From an uncultured bacterium (GTDB lineage Bacteria; Hydrothermota; Tepidihabitantia; SM23-42; JAOAFX01), in NCBI GenBank assembly GCA_964418185.1, contig CAYQKL010000004.1, positions 25,039 to 89,038 on the forward strand: a DNA stretch of 64,000 nucleotides. Reading direction: 5' to 3'. This document shows positions 53,111-61,730 of the stretch, in pieces. How positions within the stretch are numbered: the stretch's first letter is position 1; the number at the start of each line of letters is the position of its first letter. The position numbers and the translations under genes are program-made. The notes beneath the pieces are model-generated. The model worked only from the letters and a program-made list of their open reading frames with translations. It was not told the DNA's origin and ran no database searches.

Positions 53111-53825
53111 TATTGAAAAACTAAAGGCGATTGAGACAGAGCGGAACGATCTGCTCAGCAAATTGGAAAAAATTGAGGAGAAAAAGAACGTGGTAAGTCA
53201 CGAGGTCTATTTGAAAGTAAAGCACGACTATGAAGTAAAATTGAAAAAACTGGACGAGAGCATTGCACAGAATCGGGAACTGGTGAAAATGGAAATGGAG
53301 CGGCTCAAGAATGAGATCGGAGACTTATCACAGAAGCACAAGGAATTGAAATTGCAATTGGAGGAGATTGAACTCAGATATTCAATTGGTGAATATAGTG
53401 AGGATAAATACAGGGAATTGGAAAGTGAAGCAAGAGAAAATTTTGCCAGTGTTGCTGAAAGGATCAAGAACCTGGAGGAACGAATAAAGTGGTGTGAAGG
53501 GTTGGTTGGAATTGAGGAAGAACCAGAGAAATTTGAGGTGAAGGAAGAGGAGGTTATAACCATACCAGAGGCTGAAGAAAAAGTTGAGGAATTGACAATT
53601 GATGAACATATTCTTGAAGAAAAATTACCCGATGAGGTTAAGAAACTCGATGAACTTCTTGTAGAAACAAATGCGTTGCTTGAGTCAGAAGAAAAACCGG
53701 CTGAGAAAAAGATAACAAGTGAAAAAAAAGATGAAGGTATTGCATGCCCTAAATGTGGGTATGTAAATCCGCCTGATTCCTGGTATTGCGAAAAATGCGG
53801 CGCAGAAATTTTAGCAGGAAGTTGA
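53100..53825 (+). CDS. Coiled-coil protein (CdvA-like) with acidic linker and C-terminal zinc ribbon
   Basis: Heptad-rich N-terminus with ELRYSIGEYSEDKY; Glu-rich linker; CPKCGYVNPPDSWYCEKCG. Start moved to ATG 53100 (AAGGAG SD). Confidence 0.7.
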   Translation: MENNIEKLKAIETERNDLLSKLEKIEEKKNVVSHEVYLKVKHDYEVKLKKLDESIAQNRELVKMEMERLKNEIGDLSQKHKELKLQLEEIELRYSIGEYSEDKYRELESEARENFASVAERIKNLEERIKWCEGLVGIEEEPEKFEVKEEEVITIPEAEEKVEELTIDEHILEEKLPDEVKKLDELLVETNALLESEEKPAEKKITSEKKDEGIACPKCGYVNPPDSWYCEKCGAEILAGS

Positions 53826-53835
53826 TAGTAAGGTA

Positions 53836-56295
53836 ATGGATTCAAGACAAAGGCAGTACGAGCATCAATCTGTAGAGAAAAAGTGGCAGAAATACTGGTG
53901 TGAAAATGGTCTTTTTGCTACAAATGATAATCCTGGGAAAAAATATTATGACCTCGTGATGTTTGCCTATCCATCCGGGGACATCCATATGGGTCATTGT
54001 AAAAATTATGTTATTGGTGATGTAATTGCGCGTTTCAAGAAACGTACGGGCTTTGATGTATTGCACCCGTTTGGCTGGGATGCCTTTGGTTTGCCGGCTG
54101 AAAATCGGGCAATTGAAATCGGAGTGCATCCTCGCGAGTGGACGATGAATAATATCACTATTTCGGATGAATCGTTAAGAATGCTGGGAATAAGTTATGA
54201 TTGGGAACGGGAGATTATTACTTGCTTGCCTGATTATTATAAATGGACTCAATGGATGTTTTTGTTGATGTATAAACTTGGGCTTGCCTATAAGAAAGAA
54301 GCCTATGTAAACTGGTGTCCGGGCTGTCAGACCGTTCTTGCAAATGAACAGGTGGTTGATGGGCATTGTTATCGCTCAAATTGCAAATCACCGATTGAAC
54401 GCAGAAAATTGAATCAATGGTTTTTCAAAATTACTGACTATGCAGAGAGACTATTAAGAGATCTTGAAAAACTACAGGGTTGGCCCGAGAGGGTGAAGCA
54501 GATGCAGAAAAACTGGATTGGTAAGAGCGAGGGCACCAATATCGTCTTTTCTGTCAAAAACTCAGAAATAAAATTAGAGGTTTTTACTACCCGTGCTGAT
54601 ACCATATATGGTGTTACTTTCATTTCTGTAGCACCAGAAAATTCTGTACTTGAACAACTCATAAAAGGCTCGGCATATGAAGAAGCTGTGCGGACCTATA
54701 TCCAGGAGGCATCGCATAAGAGCATTGTGGAACGTGCAGAAAAAGAAAAGGACGGTGTTTTCACCGGGGTCTATGCAATAAATCCGATAAATGGCCGCGA
54801 AATTCCGGTATTTGTTGCGGATTATGTTCTCGTTGAATACGGCAGTGGTGTGGTAATGGGTGTGCCTGCACATGATTCAAGGGACTTCTTGTTCGCACGC
54901 AAGTATAATCTACCTGTAGAGGTTGTAATCAGGCCAGAAGGAAGTGATCTTGACCCGAAGAAAATGGAAGATGCCTTTGTTGATTACGGGATAATGATAA
55001 ATTCCGGGGAATTTACTGGTTTGGACTCTGAGAAGGGTATAAAGGCAGTGACCGAATATCTAAAGGAAAAGAATTTAGGTGGAAACGCGGTGAACTATAA
55101 GATCAAGGATTGGTTGATTTCCAGACAGCGGTACTGGGGTGCTCCCATTCCTATTATCTATTGCGAAAAGTGCGGCATTGTGCCGGTGCCGGAAAAGGAT
55201 TTACCGGTATTGCTTCCCGAGCACATAAAGGATTACATACCAAGGGGAAAATCGCCCCTTGCCGCAGTTAGTGAATTTATCAACACCAGCTGTCCGGAAT
55301 GCGCAGGTCCAGCAGTTCGTGACCCTGACACAATGGATACATTTGTGTGTTCTTCCTGGTATTTTCTACGCTATTTAGACCCCAAGAACGGGAGGGAATT
55401 TTGTTCGATGGAGAATGCCCGAAAATGGCTCCCTATCGATCAGTATATAGGTGGTATTGAACATGCTACAGGACATCTCATCTATTTTCGTTTCTTTACG
55501 AAAGTGCTGTATGACGCCGGTTATATACCAGTTGATGAACCGGCAACAAATTTGTTCACCCAGGGTATGGTGTTAAAAGCTGGTGAGGTGATGTCCAAAT
55601 CCAAGGGTAACGCTGTTCCGGTCGGCCCCTTTGTAGAAAAACACGGAGCAGATGTTGCCCGTCTTACCATATTATTCGCAGCTCCGCCTGAGCGGGATAT
55701 GGAGTGGAGTGATGAAGGGGTAACCGGTGCGCAGAGGTTTGTTGAACGCGTCTATAGAATCGTTATGGAAAACAAGAATCTTTTGATAAAGAAACCTTCT
55801 ATGCGACCTGAAAGTCCAACACAGAAAAAACTCTATATTAAGATCAATCAGACAATCGCACGCGTTTCAGGAGACCTCGAAAATTTCAAATTCAATACTG
55901 CAATTGCAGCACTCTGGGAATTGCTAAATGAACTGTATCAATACAAGAAACGCGATGAATATTTTGGCTATGGGCTTTTTGCCCTGGTCAATCTTCTTTC
56001 CCCATTTGCGCCCCATCTTGCAGATGAACTCTGGTTCAGAATTGGCAATGAAGGCAGTTTAATGACCCAGAAGTGGCTTGATTATGACCCCGATTATCTA
56101 ACTGAAGATCATATTAGCATTGTGCTACAGGTGAATGGAAGGGTGCGGGGTCATATTGATATTCCCAGAGATACCGATGAAGAAAAGATAAAATCTCTTG
56201 CCCTTGCGGATGAGCGAGTAAGTCGCCATACCGATAATAAACAAATAAAGAAAGTAATCTATGTACCCAATAAACTAATAAATGTTGTCATTTAA
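53836..56295 (+). CDS. leuS: Leucine--tRNA ligase
   Basis: MFAYPSGDIHMGH (HIGH), GWDAFGLPAEN, DWLISRQRYWGAPIP, MSKSKGN (KMSKS), VQVNG. Confidence 0.98.
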   Translation: MDSRQRQYEHQSVEKKWQKYWCENGLFATNDNPGKKYYDLVMFAYPSGDIHMGHCKNYVIGDVIARFKKRTGFDVLHPFGWDAFGLPAENRAIEIGVHPREWTMNNITISDESLRMLGISYDWEREIITCLPDYYKWTQWMFLLMYKLGLAYKKEAYVNWCPGCQTVLANEQVVDGHCYRSNCKSPIERRKLNQWFFKITDYAERLLRDLEKLQGWPERVKQMQKNWIGKSEGTNIVFSVKNSEIKLEVFTTRADTIYGVTFISVAPENSVLEQLIKGSAYEEAVRTYIQEASHKSIVERAEKEKDGVFTGVYAINPINGREIPVFVADYVLVEYGSGVVMGVPAHDSRDFLFARKYNLPVEVVIRPEGSDLDPKKMEDAFVDYGIMINSGEFTGLDSEKGIKAVTEYLKEKNLGGNAVNYKIKDWLISRQRYWGAPIPIIYCEKCGIVPVPEKDLPVLLPEHIKDYIPRGKSPLAAVSEFINTSCPECAGPAVRDPDTMDTFVCSSWYFLRYLDPKNGREFCSMENARKWLPIDQYIGGIEHATGHLIYFRFFTKVLYDAGYIPVDEPATNLFTQGMVLKAGEVMSKSKGNAVPVGPFVEKHGADVARLTILFAAPPERDMEWSDEGVTGAQRFVERVYRIVMENKNLLIKKPSMRPESPTQKKLYIKINQTIARVSGDLENFKFNTAIAALWELLNELYQYKKRDEYFGYGLFALVNLLSPFAPHLADELWFRIGNEGSLMTQKWLDYDPDYLTEDHISIVLQVNGRVRGHIDIPRDTDEEKIKSLALADERVSRHTDNKQIKKVIYVPNKLINVVI

Positions 56296-56335
56296 TATGT
56301 TATCGGGTGCATTAAAAAATTAGAAGGAGGAAAAT

Positions 56336-56572
56336 ATGAAGAAACCAAAAAAGAAGGCAGGAAAAAAGAAAAGACTCACGATCAAGATGTTGATGATTGA
56401 TATTTTGAAGAAAAGCAAAAAACCAATGCACTATCGTGAGATTACAAAGAGATTGAAGGCTCGGGGTTACAGATTCCACAGAAAAGAGCCCGAGCGTTCA
56501 GTCTATATTACGATCAAACGAAATCCTAAAATCTTCAAAAAGACCAAACCTGCGACATTCAGACTTAAGTAA
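56336..56572 (+). CDS. Small basic winged-helix protein (HARE-HTH/HB1-like)
   Basis: 78 aa, K/R-rich; ILKKSKKPMHYREITKRL...TPERS-like EPERSVY..I...P.IF.K..P.TF.L pattern; AGGAGG SD. Confidence 0.7.
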   Translation: MKKPKKKAGKKKRLTIKMLMIDILKKSKKPMHYREITKRLKARGYRFHRKEPERSVYITIKRNPKIFKKTKPATFRLK

Positions 56573-56603
56573 AAAAAAGGGGGCTTCCTGCCCCCCTTTT
56601 TTT
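56572..56603. terminator. Bidirectional intrinsic terminator
   Basis: A-tract, GGGGGC-TTCCT-GCCCCC stem-loop, T-tract; lies between convergent genes. Confidence 0.85.
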
Positions 56604-59010
56604 AATTCTTCTTATTTTTATTCTGTCTTTTCTTGTCCTTTTCTAATCCCTTCATCTTCTCAGCGTAATCCTTTAATTTCTTTTCAACAAGATAATTGAT
56701 ACTATTTGTCTCAAAACCAGTCCTGGTGCGCTTTCCTGCCTTTATCCCCGTTAATATTTCTAAACCTTCATCTATTGTCTGTATGGCATAAATATGAAAT
56801 TTTCTTTTCTTCACTGTTTCAATTATTTCCTGTTTTAGCATCAGGTCATTCACATTTCTTTTTGGAATAATCACTCCCTGATTACCAGTTAGACCCTTTG
56901 CCCTGCAGACCTCATAGAATCCTTCGATCTTTTCATTGACTCCACCAATGGGCTGTATCTCACCATTTTGGTTCACTGAACCGGTGACTGCAATGCCCTG
57001 ATTCAGCGGTACATTTGAAAGGGCTGAGAGAATTACATATATTTCGGCGCTGGATGCGGAATCTCCGTCAATTTCACTATATGATTGTTCAAAGCCTAAT
57101 GTTGCATCCATAGAAAGAGGTATTTCCTGGGCATATCTTGAGCGCAGAAATCCGGAGATAATGAGAACACCCTTGTTGAATGTTCTGCCTGCAAGATTTG
57201 CCTCTCTTTCAATATTGATTATACCTGCCCTGCCTACTGAAGTTTTTGCAGTGATCTTTGTGGGTCTGCCAAAAGCATAATCGCCAAGTTGATATACAGA
57301 TAGTCCGTTTACCTGTCCAACTGCCCTGCCTTTTGTTTGAATCATCAAGATATCTTTTTTTATCAATTCCTGAATCTTGTCTTCATACATATTTACTCTT
57401 TTGCGCCAGCCCTCTATTGCCTTTTCTATATCTTCAGTATTGATACTCCCTTTTTTCTTGTGCCGCGCCCAGTAATCAGCCTCCCGGATAATGTCTGCAA
57501 TTATATGAAATCGTGTGGAGATCTTATCTTTTCTGCCAGCAAGTCTTACGCCGTATTCTATGATATCGGCAATTGCCTCCTTACTGAAGGGCAATAACTT
57601 CTCAGATTGGCAGATTGATTTTATGAACGATGCATAATCATTTATATTCTTGATGTCCTTATCCATTTCAGTATCAAAATCAGCCTTTACCTTGAAGATG
57701 GTTTTGAAGTCCTCATCATTATAATAGAGAAGATAGTAGAGCCATTCATTGCCGATCATCACCACCTTTAGATCAATTGAAATCGGTTCGGGTTTGAGCG
57801 CGGAAGTTGAAAAAATATAAAAGGGGTCAAAGACCTGAATATCCACTACACCATTACGCAGTGCCCTTTTCAATGTCTGCCAGACTGCTGGTTCGATCAG
57901 GGCATCAAACGCATTTATCACCAGATAACCACCGTTGGCACGCAAAAATGAGCCAGCCTTGATATTGAGGAAATCACTTGTGAAGACACCTGGAGCCGGT
58001 GAATACCTTTCAATCGTGCCAAAAAGATTTTTAAAGGTTGGTGCGGTCTCAAAAATAATTGGGACACTCTTTGTTTCACTATTGTCAACCAGAAGATTTA
58101 CATCAAACTGTCGGAATTCATCCGACCTTGTTTCTTTCTTCAGAAATCGCTCAAGGTTGGTCAGAATTTCGGCAAACACCTCATCAAGATATTCATCTAT
58201 TTTCTTGTGATTGAATTTTTTTCTGATTTCATCAATGAGATGGTCCACCAGTGGCTTCACGATCCACTCATTCAAGTTTGCCAGTTCTTCATTCAACGCA
58301 TCCTGGTTTTCTTTCGTCTTTGAATATATCGCTCCCATTTCCTGTTCTAATTTCTGTATCTCTTCTTTGATCTTTTCCAATTTTTGCGGTTCAAGTTTCC
58401 CCTCAGAGATCAATTGGTCAAGTTCTTCAAAGTTTCTTGGTTTGTCCTCAATTATGGGCAGGATCGCAGGTCGAACATATGGTCCCATCTGCACCTGTAC
58501 CAGTTTAAATCCCTTTTCTTCAACCTTTTTCTCAAAATCGCTTATTAAGCGTTGTTGCTCCATTTCATATTTGTTGACAACCTGCTGTTTTCTCTTCTGA
58601 TACTCTTCACTGGTAAATACCTGGGGGATGTTCATCTTTAATTGATATATCAAACGTTCCATATCATCTTTTAATATTCTACCCATTCCGGCATCAACGG
58701 TGATGAGTTTTGGTAAATCAGGATTTTTGAAATTATTGACATACAAAAGGTCCTGTAACCGGTCTTTTTTTGTCTTCAGTTCTTCAAGCAGTTTTGTGAT
58801 TGCAGTGGTTCTACCCGTTCCTACTGGACCGGTAATAAAAATGTTATATCCCGGATATTTTACATTCAAACCCAATTTTATTGCCTCAATTGCCCTGGGT
58901 TGACCAATTATGCCTTCACACAGGCTCAACTCCTCACTTGTCTTGAACTTTAGAAATTCTGGTTTGCATTGCCATCTCAATTGTTCAGGTTTCAGTTCAA
59001 ATTTTTTCAT
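56602..59010 (-). CDS. Lon-like S16 protease (LonC/AAA_32 type)
   Basis: IIGQPRA, degenerate Walker A GPVGTGRTT, AGSFLRANGGYL, EQSY..IDGDSASSAE (Ser), QPIGGVNEKIEG (Lys). Confidence 0.92.
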   Translation of the reverse strand: MKKFELKPEQLRWQCKPEFLKFKTSEELSLCEGIIGQPRAIEAIKLGLNVKYPGYNIFITGPVGTGRTTAITKLLEELKTKKDRLQDLLYVNNFKNPDLPKLITVDAGMGRILKDDMERLIYQLKMNIPQVFTSEEYQKRKQQVVNKYEMEQQRLISDFEKKVEEKGFKLVQVQMGPYVRPAILPIIEDKPRNFEELDQLISEGKLEPQKLEKIKEEIQKLEQEMGAIYSKTKENQDALNEELANLNEWIVKPLVDHLIDEIRKKFNHKKIDEYLDEVFAEILTNLERFLKKETRSDEFRQFDVNLLVDNSETKSVPIIFETAPTFKNLFGTIERYSPAPGVFTSDFLNIKAGSFLRANGGYLVINAFDALIEPAVWQTLKRALRNGVVDIQVFDPFYIFSTSALKPEPISIDLKVVMIGNEWLYYLLYYNDEDFKTIFKVKADFDTEMDKDIKNINDYASFIKSICQSEKLLPFSKEAIADIIEYGVRLAGRKDKISTRFHIIADIIREADYWARHKKKGSINTEDIEKAIEGWRKRVNMYEDKIQELIKKDILMIQTKGRAVGQVNGLSVYQLGDYAFGRPTKITAKTSVGRAGIINIEREANLAGRTFNKGVLIISGFLRSRYAQEIPLSMDATLGFEQSYSEIDGDSASSAEIYVILSALSNVPLNQGIAVTGSVNQNGEIQPIGGVNEKIEGFYEVCRAKGLTGNQGVIIPKRNVNDLMLKQEIIETVKKRKFHIYAIQTIDEGLEILTGIKAGKRTRTGFETNSINYLVEKKLKDYAEKMKGLEKDKKRQNKNKKN

Positions 59011-59043
59011 TATAGTCCTCCTTAGGTTGACCTATAGGCTGTA

Positions 59044-59071
59044 ATTATAAACATAATTTTTTATATGTCAA
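59044..59071 (-). promoter_or_regulatory. sigma70-type promoter TTGACA-16-TATAAT of the Lon-like gene
   Basis: Perfect consensus hexamers on the minus strand; AGGAGG SD downstream. Confidence 0.8.
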
Positions 59072-59209
59072 TGAATTTTTCTTGATGTTCATACATCTTC
59101 TCTTTATCCTCTCATCTTTGAGAAAACCTATGATCAAGACTTATGTCAAAATTACCTCTTGATTTTTCTTTATTTTATGTTATAATTTTATATAGAAAAA
59201 GGGGGTTCA

Positions 59210-61441
59210 ATGAAGCGTTTTTGGTTGGTCCTATTACTGGTGGCAGGCATTATGACTGCCCAGACAATGGTGGTGAGGGTCTATGGCAAATGGAATGACC
59301 TTGCAAGGATATCACCCAAATACGACCTTGATATTGCTGCTGGTAGAGCCAATGAATGGTATGATATTGTTGCTGACCGCAATACAATGGACAAAATAAT
59401 TGCGTCAGGATTGCCTTACGAGGTTCAGATTTATAGTCTGGAACTGGAGAAGGATAAGTTAACGGGTCAGTATTACAGTTATGACCAGTATGTTCAGATG
59501 ATGAGGACGATGGCACAGAATTATTCTTCGATCTGTAAGCTTGATTCATTGCCGGTAAGGACCTATCAAAACAGATGGATTTATGGTGTGAAGATTTCGG
59601 ATAATCCGAGTTATGAAGACCCGACTGAGCCCGGTTTTTTGATAGATGGAACACACCATGCCCGGGAATGGGCAACGCCTTATGTAGTATATAAATTCTG
59701 CGATTCAATCACCAAAGTCTATTCTTCAAATAATGAGATTCGTCAGATCGTTGATAACATAGAGATCTATGCCTTTCCAGTGATAAATGTTGATGGTTAT
59801 GTTTATGATTATCCTGGACAACTTAGCTGGCGTAAGAATCGTGAGCCATTCGGTGGTGCAACGGGCACGGACCCGAATCGGAATTACGCAGGTTGCAGTG
59901 GTGACCTACCAGGAGATTGGGGTGCTGTTGACGGAGGCAAGGCAACCCATTATCCATCACAGGAGACATTCTGCGGTGCTTATGCATTCTCAGGAAATGA
60001 GATACAGGCTCTAACCCAGTATGCAAGGTCTAAGATTATCCACGCTTATATGTCATATCACAGTTATAGTGAATTATTGATGTGGGGTTGGGGCTGGACA
60101 ACAAATGATATTCCGGATGGTGTTGTCTGTGCCAGGTGGGGTACTCGGATGGCAGGAATGGTAAATAAACTTGGTGGTGGAACATATACCCCCGGCCAGA
60201 TCCCTGAAATTCTCTATTCTGTAAGTGGTGGTAGTATTGACTGGTTGTATTCCTGGGACCACTGGATTGGCGGGATTGCGAACCTTTCTTATACGACTGA
60301 GATCGGAACTACATTTTATCAGAGTACCTCCCAGCTTGATCCGATATTCTATGAGAATTTCAAAGCATTAAAATACCTTGCTCAGTTGTGCAGGGATTCG
60401 ATTGGTCCACTTGTTGAGCCAAGGGTTGCACCACCCCAGATATATACAATCGGTAATGTGGGTCAGAATTTTACAATGAGATGGCACCCAGTAAATCCAG
60501 GAGAAAACCATCCTACCCAATGGGAACTCGTTGAACTTTCAAATCCGAATGTGAAGACAGACAGCCTTGAATCCGGTTCTGATCGCTGGGTTTTGCAGGG
60601 GTTTACCCGTGTGACCACCCAGCACCATTCAGGTTCATATAGTTTATTTTCCGGAAATACAGATAATATGAACAATGCTGCCCGGACCTTACATCCTTAT
60701 ATTGTCCAACCAGGTGATTCTTTTACCTTCTGGTGTTATTATAATCTTGAGAACAATTATGATGTTGCGGTTGCTGAGGTTTCTGAGAATACAAAGGAGT
60801 GGTTCAATCTTGATACGATGAGGTTTACTGGAACCCAGACTTCCTGGGTGCGCAAGGCATATTCACTGGCAAACTGGCTTGGTAAGTCGGTCTATTTCCG
60901 TTTTCGTTCAATGACCGATGGTAATACACTCAATGGTGGTTTTTATGTTGATGATATTCGCCCGGTCTGTCTGTTTGGTAATGTCAATACCATTTCCAAT
61001 AGTATAACTGATACTGCATACACATTCACAAATCATGCTAATGGTGAGTTCTACTATTATGTCCGTGGCTACAATACCAGGGGCTGGGGCGAATACTCCT
61101 CTCTTGCAAAGGCAAATGTTGGTGTGGGTATTAGTGAGGAAGAAGGGCAGAAAATCTCTGAAGGATTTGTTTTGTCTGTGAATCCGAATCCATTCAGAGA
61201 AAGATTGATAATCAGCTACACGATACATGATACCGGATACCAGATACCGGATATAAATTTGAAGATTTATGATGTAGCGGGTAAGGCCGTCAAAGAATTT
61301 AGCAATTTAACCAATTACCAATCATCAGTTATTTGGTTCGGAAAAGACGATTTGGGTCGCAGAGTTCCTCCAGGAGTCTATTTTGTCCGATTGGAAACCG
61401 AAGGATTTAAAAAGAATGAGAAGGTAATACTTCTAAGATAG
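59210..61441 (+). CDS. Secreted M14 zinc carboxypeptidase with C-terminal T9SS/FlgD-like domain
   Basis: HHAREW, NVDGY, WRKNR, DPNRNY, SYHSYSE, GGSIDW, YTTEIG; NPNPF...KIYDVAGK.V...W.GKDDLGRRVPPGVYF...KVILLR. Confidence 0.92.
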   Translation: MKRFWLVLLLVAGIMTAQTMVVRVYGKWNDLARISPKYDLDIAAGRANEWYDIVADRNTMDKIIASGLPYEVQIYSLELEKDKLTGQYYSYDQYVQMMRTMAQNYSSICKLDSLPVRTYQNRWIYGVKISDNPSYEDPTEPGFLIDGTHHAREWATPYVVYKFCDSITKVYSSNNEIRQIVDNIEIYAFPVINVDGYVYDYPGQLSWRKNREPFGGATGTDPNRNYAGCSGDLPGDWGAVDGGKATHYPSQETFCGAYAFSGNEIQALTQYARSKIIHAYMSYHSYSELLMWGWGWTTNDIPDGVVCARWGTRMAGMVNKLGGGTYTPGQIPEILYSVSGGSIDWLYSWDHWIGGIANLSYTTEIGTTFYQSTSQLDPIFYENFKALKYLAQLCRDSIGPLVEPRVAPPQIYTIGNVGQNFTMRWHPVNPGENHPTQWELVELSNPNVKTDSLESGSDRWVLQGFTRVTTQHHSGSYSLFSGNTDNMNNAARTLHPYIVQPGDSFTFWCYYNLENNYDVAVAEVSENTKEWFNLDTMRFTGTQTSWVRKAYSLANWLGKSVYFRFRSMTDGNTLNGGFYVDDIRPVCLFGNVNTISNSITDTAYTFTNHANGEFYYYVRGYNTRGWGEYSSLAKANVGVGISEEEGQKISEGFVLSVNPNPFRERLIISYTIHDTGYQIPDINLKIYDVAGKAVKEFSNLTNYQSSVIWFGKDDLGRRVPPGVYFVRLETEGFKKNEKVILLR

Positions 61442-61536
61442 GGTAGCGAGTAGCAAGTAGAGAGTAGAGAGGAAGAAGGCAATTGGTGGCAATTGAGGGC
61501 AGTTAAAGATAAAAACCTGAAATTTCGGTATTAATA

Positions 61537-61593
61537 GTAGTGGCAGAGTTTACTCTGCAAAATTCAATTAAGTCAAGCAAGCTTGACCACTAC
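61537..61593. repeat. Inverted pair of GTAG-type REP-like elements (REPIN-like doublet)
   Basis: GTAGTG-GCAGAG-TTTA-CTCTGC (61537-58, +) and GTAGTG-GTCAAG-CTTG-CTTGAC (61572-93, -). Confidence 0.7.
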
Positions 61594-61730
61594 AAACACC
61601 AAAGATAAATTGGCTTCTCATATCATAAATCATAAATCAAAGAATTATCCTGTACTTTGTATCATGCATCCTATATCGTGGATTGACTTCACTAATTTTT
61701 TTGCTATACTTTCACTAAGAAAGGAGGAAT

